The translations under genes and the position numbers were made by a program. Below are positions 1 to 12,100 of a stretch of DNA of 64,000 bases, one piece after another; the stretch's first letter is position 1; every line of letters begins with the position of its first letter. This stretch comes from Thalia democratica. Taxonomy: Eukaryota. Where the stretch lies: the NCBI GenBank assembly GCA_965202585.1, contig CBDBBG010000121.1, forward strand, positions 1-64,000. Reading direction: 5' to 3'. The notes under the pieces are model-generated. The model did not search any database and was not told the origin of the DNA. It saw only the letters and a program-made list of their open reading frames with translations.

Positions 1-1043
1 TGAATAAATTTTAAAATAACTTGCTACAAAAATTGATTACTTTTTTAACTTACTATTAAAATTTCAGTACTAAAATTAAAAGTTTTGAATCTAAAGAGCT
101 AGTTTTAGCTAGAATAGCAAAGTTTGATTTGTTTGTTATCTTTATAAAAAAAGAAACTACTTTTAATAAAAATTTTAAGTTTAGGTTAATTTAAAGAATA
201 ATTTTTGTACAGTGAGATTAAAACTGCATCACAGTATGAACTGTTTATTTATTATTTGTTTTTTTTTTGTTATTTATCTTTAAATTATGTTGTTAATATT
301 TTTTGTTCTTATTATCAATTTATTTTTATTTTATTAGCAGTTATTAATTGCTATTTTTGCTACTATTTGTTTATTCTTGAATCATTATCACTATAAAACA
401 GGTTTAGCTTTATGGTTTGCTAACAAAATGTTAGCATTTGTCCTTGTAGAAAATTCTCTCATAAGTTTATACTACTGCGGTGCACTAACTGGTTGCGTAC
501 TGTTTGAGTGTAAATTCTTATGAAGTTAATGAAGTTATAAAATTTTTCCTTATGGAGTTTTGCATCAACATTGGTGCACATTTGAAATCACGCACCGAAT
601 CAGTATACTGGGTAATTTCCCTAACTTGTCACTAATTAGTATTGATATTTCGTTTTACTTTTCAAATACTAGAAAAACTTAGTTGAAAAACGGCAAATTA
701 ATAAGAAAAAATAAACAATTAAGAATAAAGATATTACATTTTTTTTACTTCTTTTTTTTTTGGGTGACACGCATGCGCCAGCGTCCCTCCCCACGCTACG
801 CCCCTACTAGGTATAAAACACATTGACTAAAACATGAAAAATAGATAGTACTAAACAAAGTTTTTAACTTTCGTGTTTGCTGTCTTGTTTTGCTTTGAGT
901 TTAGTTTTGATATAAAAATTTATGGCAATTGATTCATATTTTTTCCTTTTCGCTTTTCTTGTTAAGTGATTCAATCCTATCTGTTTTATTTATTTAGATT
1001 TTTTCTAAGTTACAAGTTCTAACTAACGTTCAATTTAATTTTC

Positions 1044-1057
1044 TTATGACGTCATAA
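1044..1057. promoter_or_regulatory. Perfect CRE-like palindrome TTATGACGTCATAA
   Basis: 14-bp palindrome containing TGACGTCA. Function and target gene unknown. Confidence 0.3.
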
Positions 1058-3424
1058 TGTGTTGCCTCTGAAGTAGAGTAGGCTAAAAACAGGTAAATGT
1101 TTTAAAAAGACAAATAATAATATTGTTTTTATTCTAAAAGTGCTAGACAACTTAATACTTTTTAAGACTTTGTATAGTAGTATAATTGTAGTTTATTTTA
1201 CAGAACATATTAAATATATTTCAGTTTAAGCACTTTAGTGAGTAGTTTTAACCTACTTTTTATTAGAAGATTTTATAGTAAAAAATAAAACAGAAGACTT
1301 TAAATGTGTTCATTTAATGTTTGAAAACACAAAATTAAAAGTAGACTACTTTTCTTTAAACCTAAACTTGAGTTTAAAAAACAGATTAAATTTTGTATAG
1401 ACATTTATACTAATTTTTTTCGCTTGAAACATTAAAACCAGGTTAAATTTTTACCGACATGTTAGTCAAAAAATAAAACTACTTAATGTTAACAGGCAGC
1501 ATTAAACAGACACAACTTAAAACCTAAATACGTACATAAACTTTCCAGAAAAAGACTAGACGTTCTAATTAAATTAAAAAAAAACGTCAACAGGTTATGG
1601 AATATATGATGTAGAAGGTAAGGAACAAGGACATTATAGTAACTGCATGCAGTGCATTCGTAATCCAGCAAACAATCAAATTAACCGCTGTACCCCGACT
1701 TGCCACGAGTTTTATACTAGATACTGCTAAAAATAAATTACTCGGTGGAGTAAGATATACTTTTGCCTTTTTAAACTTTACTGCATACAGCTCTTCTATG
1801 GAACAATAATTGTATATATTGAAACCAAAGTTTTAAACGTATGAACTATTACTTTTAACAGCTAAATGTTAAAGAGTAACCCTAACGTGTTTATAATTTT
1901 ATTTAAATAAATTATCTTCCAGTCAATAAAAACTTCATTAATGTTTTTTTGTAAATAAACCAACAATAGTCATTTTATTCTTTTGCTTTTTCGAGGTATT
2001 TTAAGAATAAAAGTAAATCAATGTACGTATTTGTTTTTATTTAATTTAAGTTATGATAGAGAAAACAGTCTTATAACTGGTTATAAATGCATCTGTACTA
2101 CTAAAGTAAGAATTTATACATTGATTTTTTGTTAAAATTAAAAACAGTCTAAATTTAAATTGAAAGAGAAAATTATTTGACCACAAAGTATCTTTTTTTA
2201 AGATATAAATTTTAAACGATATACTGTTTGAACAAAAAATCTTTAAATTTACGATTTCATTCGTAAAACTACTTTTAAATGTTGCTTTTAAAACAAGCTA
2301 AAATTTTACAACAAAATCGTAAACCAATTGTTTATAATAAAAGAATTCTTTTTATACAAACAGAAATATTTTATCTAAATTTTTGTTTTATAGTGAAATA
2401 CTTTAGTAAGATTACGTTAAATTTTAGATTTTAATATGTGCAAATATTTAAAAACTATTCAGCTTAAAACTTTGTAGAAAATAATGATACGTTAAATGAA
2501 ATTAACTTAATTATCTGTTGAGTTTTCTTAATAAACTATTTTTGCCAAAGTTGCCCGTGACATTTTTTTTTAAACTTTAATAACTTTGTTTATACAGAAT
2601 TTCATTTAAAAACAATATTTTATACTACCATACAACTTAAATTATAGTTGATTTGTTAGTAAAACATAAAATATTGAAAATATCATTTAAAATGTAGTAC
2701 ATTTTTTAAAATAAATACACTAAAATTCTAAATAAACTAACTAATTTTAAAACCATATAAAATAAAAACAAAAAAAAAATTCGTGCTGTATAGAAAACAT
2801 TTAGTTAAAAATTATATTTTCTAAGATACAGAAATACCGTTTTAACTTGATAAAGATAAATTTTACAAAAACTATGTTTACTACTGGGAAGTTTAAGGTT
2901 CATATATAAATATTTTAACATTGCTTTTTCTGGTAGTGATTTTTTTCGTAATGTTTTTGAGGCAGTCAAACTTTTTGACCGTTTAAATACCTTTTTAAAA
3001 GTGCTTGCCTGAAAGTTTTTGTAAATTAATCTTTTGAAGTATATTTGTTGCCTAAAATCACATTGTATATTTTCACAAGTTTAATATAGAAATCCGCTTT
3101 TTCGCTTATTTATATCCACAAATGTGCATAAAAAAAGACTCTGGGTAACATTAAATTAAGTATTTTACACACAAAACAAAAACAAGTAGTACATAGTGTT
3201 TTTTTTTTTTTTATCACAATAAGATTGTTATTACAATAAAGCAAAAAAAAAAAAGAACTCTTAAAAGTTTAACTATTGTAAAACTATTTACTAAGCCTAG
3301 TTTTTTGTAAAAAGCAAATCATAAAAATGAAACAAAAAAAAAAACAAAATAATCACAAGTTTATCTCAACAGTATTCAAAAGTCGTATGCAAGTGTACTT
3401 GTAGAAAATCCTCAATCAAAACAG

Positions 3425-6400
3425 CTACATGTACGGGATCTCGGGACCCTCGAGATCCCCGTGAGCCTTCTTCCTCAGCAACGACGTTTTGCACGGTCCG
3501 CTGATCAGGGAGCTGTCGATGTGATCTTCGGACGGCTTCTCCTTCCACGCCGCTGATATCTGTTGTTTGTTTCAATACACGTTTTATTTATGTAGATTGT
3601 AATAGAGCGATTTTATATAGCTCTGTTATGAGTCCGCTTTTTTTTACAAATTACACGTTTACTGATGACTATGTTTATTGTAAATTGTTTTAAGACGGTT
3701 GTAATAAATATAAAGTTTATTATAACAGTAGTATATACTTTGTTGTTATAATTAACATACTAACAGTTTAACCTGTTTCTACTGTAGTACGATTTCGTAA
3801 CAAAAAATGTTAAATAAATGTAAGATTTGAAAAAATATTCAAGACACTTAATTTTAATTGTATTTTTATCTTTCCAAACACAAAAATAGAATTTTCGCTA
3901 AAAGTAAATATTACTTTTATCGTTTAAAACAACTTATAAACTTTGATAAATTATTCTGGTTACCTATCTTTTCAAATATAGTTTAATTCTACGAGCTTTT
4001 TAAGATTGAAGGATTTTTAAGATTTCGAAACAAATTAGTTAATTTACTAAATGAAGCCACCAGGATTCAAACCTCTTCATTTCTCCTCATCACCCTCTTG
4101 ATGTTCCTCCCGGACACTTTTTGAACCTCCTCCTTGTTCCAACCCCTCATCAGGAGTTCCGCTATCAGCTGCGGATACTTGGAAACATCCTCCAAACCTT
4201 CCGGTGTGCTGAAAAGTTTTAGTTGTAGTTTTTTGTTGGTTAGCTGAAAAATACTAGTTTTGTGTTGAAGTAGGGTTGAGAGAATTTTATTTTCTTAAAA
4301 CTATTATTTCAAATGTTCGCACATAAAAGAAAATAATCAAGCTTTAACATATTTATAGTGTTATGTAGCCTATCTAGGTTAAAAGTCTATTTAGGTTATT
4401 TAGTTTAAACACTTATCTAGACTTAACAGTTAGACCAATGATATCCATTGTTGAATTAAAACAAACTTTAGTGTTAATCTACTAAATAATACCTAGAAAA
4501 AGCAGCTGCCAGCACAAGTTGTACGTGTACAAACAAAAATCTAAACAAAATAAGTAAATAAAAGAATCGAAAATTACATACGATCCGACACCATCGTAAT
4601 CTCCACCGATGCCAATATAATCAACACCAATGAGGTTCTTTACGTAATCGAAATGGTCTGAAATATTACTTTGTACATCAAATTGTCGAATTAGTTTATA
4701 CAATACATTCGTTTAGTTAGGATACATTAAATCAATAACTATCTGTTTTATTAAGTTAAATTTTGTATTAGTAAATAATTTGTATAAGTAAAATAAACTA
4801 ATACTTTGCCTTGAAAGGTTTCTACACTTACTTCTAAGCCATTGATATTATGAGAATTAGCAAGAAATTACAAAACAAGACTTATCTTAAAACTTATCGG
4901 CTTAAACTTGAACGTAGAAATTACTTTATTGAATTCATTTATACTATATACTTCAGTTTAAAGTTGTTATTTCTTGTTTACATCTAAGGGTGATGATTTT
5001 AGTTTTTTTAAACTAAAAAACTAACTGACAAACAAAAAAACCTAATATTTATGTTTTCAATGTACTCAAATTGTATGTAATGGTCATTGTTGTTGGAAGC
5101 TATATATTCTATTTTATAAGATGTATTTAAGCTATAAGACATAATAAAGCTTGACGACATAAAAAAGTTTTAAATAAAAATAATAACTATCATTAGTTGG
5201 TTTTGCAAGTTTTTTAAAAAGTTATAAATAAAGTTTATAGAAACTAATTGTTTTAACCTGCAACTTCGGCAAGAGTTGCATTTTCATTGCAAGAGATGTA
5301 ATAATTGTAAAAATTTATCATCAAAACTCCTTCGTTTTCTTTCTGAATTTTGATTAATTTATCTTTGTAATAGTCGTACTTAAATACATTACATCACAAA
5401 CTTTTCTACAGAAAAATAGCAAAACTGTTTAAAAGCATGTATTAACAAGTTTAAAGTGAAAATACAAATACTTACTTTTATAAAAAAATGTTTTTTTTGT
5501 TTAAAATATACTATGACTGGGTTATAAAAAGTAATTAGTATTACGTTTTGCTTTGTGAGCAATATAAGTTACATTTATTCTGTAACAAAGTGATATCAAG
5601 GCTCAAGCTATTTAGCCATATATCAAACAATTAAGTTCACGAAATATTTTTATAAGTTAAAACTGTTTAAACTTTTGCATTTATACACATTGAGTTTTTA
5701 GTTAAAATCTGTACACTTATGGTAAGAAAATTCAATTTTGTAAAAAAAAAAATCTAAAACCATTAAAAAAAAACTTACAATTTTGACAGTTTATAAAGGT
5801 TATTAAACCCAATTGTTAGCGTTTATTCACCATTTGATTATTAAAAACTCAAACTTATATAAGAAATATTCAAAAAAAAAACGAAGTAATTTAAAGTAAA
5901 AAAGTTTTAACAACTTCAACTTCAAACTGACCAGTTTGAGCAGTATGTGGTCCGGCACGTTCCTGCCCGACCCGCACTCAGACCTGGCGGAGGAGTGGCT
6001 GTAGATGACGGGTGACACCGAAACCGCCAGCGCGTCCAGCATGGTCTGGTCGGACACGTGGGACAAGTCAACCAGCATTCCCAGCCTGTTCATTTCCAAC
6101 ACCACTTCCTGTGTGCATGTGAAAAAAAAACTGTTTGTTTTTTGCATGAACGAATACAGAATATTTAACTTTGTGATTATGTGTGTGATGCAATGTTCAT
6201 TTTCAATACCACTACATGAGAAGGTTTGTTGTGTGAAAAAAAAGCACTAAACTTTATTTTATCATAAATAAAAAAATTGTTTATGTGTATCATGAATTTT
6301 TTCTGTCTGGAACATAACTAATGGCCGTTGTAAATATTTACTTAGTCTTTGTAAAAACTTTATCAATACTGTTTTTATGACTGGAAATAATAATATTTGT

Positions 6401-9400
6401 TTATAAAGTTTTTAAAGAGGGGGAAAGTTGTTTTTTTTTAAATCAAAACAAACTAATAAATAATAGAATAATGTTTCAACATTACGTTGACATCTGAATG
6501 TAAATAATCTATTAAAAACTACTGCAATAAAAAAAAAACTGTATATGAAACTTAAAACCTTAAAAAAAAATATTAAAAACAGTTAGTTTTAAAATCAATT
6601 TTAGATTTTTTAGCGTACTCTTTTTTAGTTTTTGTCAGACTTAAAAAATATCATTTTCTAGAAACTTGTCTTAATATAGATTAACATTTTAAATAGGTTA
6701 AGTGTTATAAATATAACAAAACAGTTTTGTATAAGTATTTTGAAGATTTATATATTGTTAAACTGACTTATATATTTTATGTATTTTGAAGTAAATATTA
6801 AATATGTCTAATAGAATAACACAATTTAGTTTGAGTATTATTAAAACAACCAACTTTTCCAAAAGATGTGAGGCCTTGAGTAGGGTTGTCGGTGTTCCAA
6901 GCAGTCGCCCTGGAAAATTTAAATAAATAAGGTTTAAACTTAATTAGAATTTGATTAAGGAAGTAATTTATTGAAATATAAAAAAATAAGTTTTAGTCTA
7001 TCAACTTTCATATGCTCTTTGTTTTTTACCTTTTTTAATAAAACAATAAATATGTATATTTTAAATTATTTAAGTACACTTTAATTAAACTATTTAATTT
7101 TTTTTATTTAGTTTCAACTTGTTATCTACAGCTATTAATTAAATGGATCAAAACTTTTTTCAAAGTTTCGTAGAATAGATTTTTATTATTTGTTGCTCCT
7201 TAAATTTAGTGGCAAATTTAGCATTCTTTTTATATTGTTTGTAATCTATAATCAGTTCTAAAACAATAAATCTTTGACTTTTATTAGTTAGTGTTCTCAA
7301 ACTATTTTCCACGGAAAAGTTCTGCGCGTCCAAACTGTTAGTACGTCCATTTACAAAACATTGAGTATTTCATACTTTGATAAATCATATTCTTATAGGT
7401 AACAAATTTAAAACCATGGAATATCGCAGGAATGCGTCAACGTCATGTATCTCGCTCCTAGTAAATAAAACATCCGCAAGGTGGCCAGTGAGCTGTCGAT
7501 CATGTGACCTCCCTCTACGCCAATCGTTGAAGCGATCTTTCCGCGTGACTGCGCTTCTTCTATTTCTATTAAGAAAAAATTGTATAGTGCAGTAAATAAA
7601 ATTTTAGATGACTTATACAATTTAAAAACACCTTATATTAAAACTAACCCATGTTAGGTTCATAAAAACCTTTACTTTTGACTATGCTGATACATTTTAA
7701 GAAGATTTACCTATGTAACTTACCCTTAACTTACATAAAACAAAACAAAGTTATCAGCCAACCTTTAACGTTGGTGACGAAAACGAGATCATCAGGATAA
7801 TAATCGATGAACCTCCTGATCGTGTCGAACTGCTCCAAACTTTGACGGATCGCATCTTTTCCCGATGAACTGCATGTCCCGTAGCAGGCCCAAAACTTTT
7901 TTACAATATCAAATAAAAGCTAATCCATTAAAAATGAATACTTTATGTTGACGAGTAACTACTATATGGTGAAACAATGCTTAAAAGTATAGAGGCTTAA
8001 CATTGGTAAATTAGCATTAAACTATATAGTTTAAAGCAAATCACAACTTAATTTGTTTATACGTTGTTATTATACTAAAAAAAATTCGTTTGATAAAGTT
8101 TTAATTATGGTAAAAAGTTTTGTAATTGAGGTAAACATTGACTTTTTTCTAACCTGCGCACCGACCCTGCCTTCCCTAAGTCTGGGTATGTCTGTGTGAG
8201 CCGGACCGCCGTACACCTGTGACAGGTCCTGATCGAGGTCGACATCGTTGAACTTGTTGTCCAGTTGTCCTCTCAACTGCCACGCCCAGTCGTTGTGACT
8301 GTCATTTTTAAATGATATATAAATGTTTGTTTTGATAATTTGAGTACATTTTACACTATTTTAATCCTTGTATGGTGTTTTTAGAAAGATATGTGTTTAT
8401 TTTTTCATATATAGCTTCTACTTTCGTTTAATATTGTATATGAAAAATTAGTAAGATAAACTATGCTAAAAATATAAACTATATTGTTTTTGTATATTAT
8501 AAGGCAAGCAGCATCCTAAATAAAATTTTTAAGTACTTTTCTAAAACTAATTAAAATAAAAAGGCTAATGATTAAAATATATTAATTATCGTAACTATAT
8601 ATTAGTTAAAAGAAAAACACAACTGTGAATAAAATTTAGCTATAAAGGGTGATTTTGTGTATTAATGATATTATTATAAAAAAGTTTAAGCCGATAAAAA
8701 GTCATGTTAAAGCCTTACAAATCATTCTATGATAACAATTTAAATTTTTTTCTCTTTGCCGATTGACAATATGACGTAGTTATGTTTTATTCATAACAGA
8801 TATAAAAATTGCAAAATTTTCGTAATCAACACAAAAAGTTAAGACCTGATTGCAGACATATTAAAAAAAGCCAGATTTTTTTATGTTTACTAACCCATCA
8901 AATATAGGTTCTTCGTCCAGATAAGCATTAGCAGCACTCAGGTAATTGCCTTCCCCGGAGAGCGGTATCACTATTGCCAGTGATATCGACAATGCCACCG
9001 CTATGCTTACTGTTGATTTATAAAAAGTTTTTTTATGTTGTTACATTTAAAAAAGTATTAAAAAATTGAAGATCGGCCTTTTAGTTTTGTATTTGTACCA
9101 AATGAAACTAAAAGGCCGATTTTAAATTTTCTTAAATTATTATGAAATTTATTATTATTATATGATGATATGTTTTTTTAATGGTTACAAAAATAAAAAA
9201 ACAGTTTAAACAGAAAATATGTATACTACACAATTTTTATAAAATAATACATTTCATAAACACAGTAAGTATAATAAACAAAAGTGATTTTTAAACTAAC
9301 ACAAAATTGTTTTAGCTAAAGAATTAGATAGTGTTTATTATTCTTATCTTAATTCAATTTACTTGAAGTGATAATTGATTCATTTAATAAAATCCTTCGA

Positions 9401-9585
9401 TACAAACGTATAAAATACGATACTGATGAGTAAGAAATTAATTAATTTTTTTTTTAAAGTTTATTTAGTCATGCATTTGTACTTACATGTTTTAATTTTA
9501 TGCATACATTGTTAGATTAGGCAACTAATTCTAAAACGTATAGTAGGAACTTACCAAACCCAAAAACTAAAACTTTAGTTTGCAT
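3425..9585 (-). CDS. DPEP1-like: Membrane dipeptidase (peptidase M19, renal-dipeptidase-like), complete, 11 coding exons, 412 aa
   Basis: Exons in transcript order: 9585-9555, 9009-8895, 8298-8154, 7895-7763, 7565-7415, 6909-6855, 6108-5932, 5342-5258, 4657-4582, 4208-4073, 3559-3425. All are GT-AG with compatible phases and sum to 1239 nt including TAG. There is an in-frame stop upstream of the ATG. M19 motifs: [71 protein letters not shown]. Confidence 0.95.
9062..9130. repeat. Near-perfect inverted repeat (hairpin) in dipeptidase intron 1
   Basis: atcggccttttagttt (9072-9087) pairs perfectly with aaactaaaaggccgat (9105-9120). The loop contains a further atttg/caaat pair, and imperfect pairing extends outward. 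Confidence 0.85.
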
Positions 9586-11144
9586 TTCTTTGTAGATTTG
9601 TTAACTGTATAAAAAATCAATACTAATAAATTAAAAATATACAAACTTTATAAGTTTTATAAGTTTTCAGTACGAAATAGTTTCTTAACTACTTTTTTTT
9701 CTCACAAAACTAAAATTAATGCACTTTTAACTTCAATTCAATGCCTTTTAAATACTTTTTTAATGTTTTACTTAATAAAACCAACATGTATTGTCTTTGT
9801 TAATGTTTAAAAGCTCTAAATAACAAAACTGTTACATGTTCGGTTTAAATGTTTTAAAGTTTTGTTATATGAAAGAAACTTATGATCACAAATAAACTGG
9901 TTAATAATTTAAAATAAAAATATTTGTTTTCAACGTTTAAACGAAAATATTTGCTTAATTACATGAAAGACAAATAAAAAATCTCCTACTTAAATAAATA
10001 GTGTATAATAGATAAAAATACTTTTGTTAAAACTTCAAAGTATTCAACAGGTGTTAGAATATTATTTTGATAAATGCGAATTTATATAAAGGTTTGTTTA
10101 TTTTGCACTTTCTATACATTATCTTTTGTTGGTAAAACAAACAAACTCATTGTTGTCCGAATTAAAAAAAACCTGCTATGTATTATTTGGACTTCGCTAA
10201 CACTTTTGTTAAGGTTATACTTAAGCAATTTTTGTGTTTTTTTGCTCAATGTACTAATTTGATAAGTTTTTTTTTGTTGACTTTTTTAAAATTATTAGTA
10301 TTAAAATTCTTCTTAAAATATATTTCTTTATAACTTTAGCATTTAAAACTAGCGACCTAAACAAAATAACTTCATAAAACTAAGTGTTTTTGTTTTATAA
10401 GCTTTAGTTTAGTAAGTCTGTAAGATTTTGACAAACTAAGCAAACAAACTTGGTGAAACAATTTCGGCGCTCTCAAAATTAAACATATGGCCAAATTTAT
10501 TTTACTTAAATACATAGTTAAACAAAACTACCTTTAATTTAAATCGATGAACTTGAAGTTAATAGTTTGACTGTTGTCGAAATATTAAGCATTTTAAATA
10601 AAATTAATAATAATTTTGAAAGTTATAACATTTTCAAAACTAACAATTATTGAATGGTAATTGTCGTTGTTCGAAGTTCTATAATAAAGTACCAAAATTT
10701 TCTTTAAAAAAAAAATAATTAAATCTTAACGTATTTGAAAAAATATTTCTTAAAAGTTTTAAGTATTTATTCGCAAAGTAATTTCATAATCATACGGCTG
10801 AATAAAGTTATATATCAAACGAATTTTCATTTTAAAAGCTTATTTATTTAATTCTAACGCTTACTATTTTGTTTTTGTTTCCTTTTAATTTAAATAAAGA
10901 AACATTTCATAGTTGATTAACAATTTTTTTTTCTACTTGTTTTTAAATCAAAATATTAAAACAATTCTATGAACTACAAATTATGAAAAAAAAAACATAA
11001 AAACATGCATCTTAGTTTTATATATTTTAATTTATGTAACCTAAAATCTCATAAGCAAAACTAACATGCTGTTATTATCATGTTGTAAACGTTAATTGGT
11101 GAACTTATAACACAGTTTCATACTTAAGTACCAAAGCTTTTAAT

Positions 11145-12100
11145 CTGAAAAAAAAGTGGAGTGCAGGACTATCGGTGGGTTAACGATGCAAGCATCAAAT
11201 GTTACCAAGGTACGTTTGAAAAATGTTTTGTAAAATTCTACTTATAACTATTTTTAAATTTAAATTATATGTCTTATTTAGATATTAGATTACTAATTAA
11301 GTCGTTTTACACACAGAGTGCAGCATTATTTTAACTGTAGATTTCGCAACAGCGTAATTTGATATAAGAACACCCGTCAGCCCGATCTCCTAGGTTGATT
11401 GTGATTATGGGTTTTCCCCAATTTCGAATAAGTCGGCGTAGTGCATAACTTTCGGGAGGGTTAACGAGGCAAGTACCAAATATTACCAAAACATGTTTTA
11501 AAATAATTTTGTAAAATCCAGTTATAAATATTTATAATTTTAAACTAAATGCCTTATTTAAATATTTGATTACTAATTAAGTCGTTTTACACACAGAGTG
11601 CAGAAGCATTTCAACTGTAGATTTCGCAACAAAGTATTTTGATATAGTAATATCCGTCAGCTTGACAACTTACAATACATATGTTGATTGTGATTGTTAT
11701 TATGGGTATTCCTCAATTACAAATAAGTCGACGTAGTGCAGGATTTTCGATGGGTTAACGAGGCAAGCATCAAATTTTACCAAGGCACGTTTGAAAATAA
11801 TTTTGAATTTATAAATATAAAGTATGTGCCTTATTTAAATATTAAATTACTAACTAAGTCGTTTTACGCACAGAGTGCAGCATTATTTTAACTGTAGATT
11901 TCGCAACAGCGTAATTTGATAAAACGACACCGGTCATCCCGATCACTAACAATACCTAGATTTAATATTTTTGCGAAGATAGCTATTTTACCAGCACTAC
12001 ACGCAAAAAAGTGGAAACTAAGGTTGATTCGACTCTATTGTAATGCAACGATGAAATTGTTGGCATGTGTAGAAACATTCAGACCTACAAATACACTTAC
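11145..12100 (+). pseudogene. Tandem array (about 280-295 bp period) of decayed sushi/CCP-like phase 1-1 exons with their introns
   Basis: Units start at about 11161, 11441 and 11736. Acceptors ttttacacacag|AG TGC precede 11317, 11597 and 11874; donor caag|gtacgt is at 11210. Copy 11317-11490 (174 nt) reads ECSIILTVDFATA*FDIRTPVSPIS*VDCDYGFSPISNKSA*CITFGRVNEASTKYYQ. The first copy ends RWVNDASIKCYQ. This fits the sushi pattern C..C-x-x-G-F..C..W..C, with stops and lost donors. Confidence 0.7.

Noticed and set aside
400-810. Degenerate coding-like or TE-end sequence near the window start
   Set aside because: It has multiple stops in all frames, no recognisable domain, and no paired TIR or TSD.
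1058-1838. Possible plus-strand mini-exons (donor 1093; 1594-1617; 1791-1838)
   Set aside because: Splice-like motifs are present but give no coherent ORF, and such motifs arise by chance in AT-rich DNA.
3431-3465. Small hairpin gggatctcg/cgagatccc in the last dipeptidase exon
   Set aside because: A 9-bp stem in GC-rich coding sequence is compatible with chance.
11145-12100. CRISPR-like or satellite interpretation of the repeats
   Set aside because: The context is eukaryotic, the units are about 290 bp with no unique spacers, and splice signals plus a residual reading frame explain them better.
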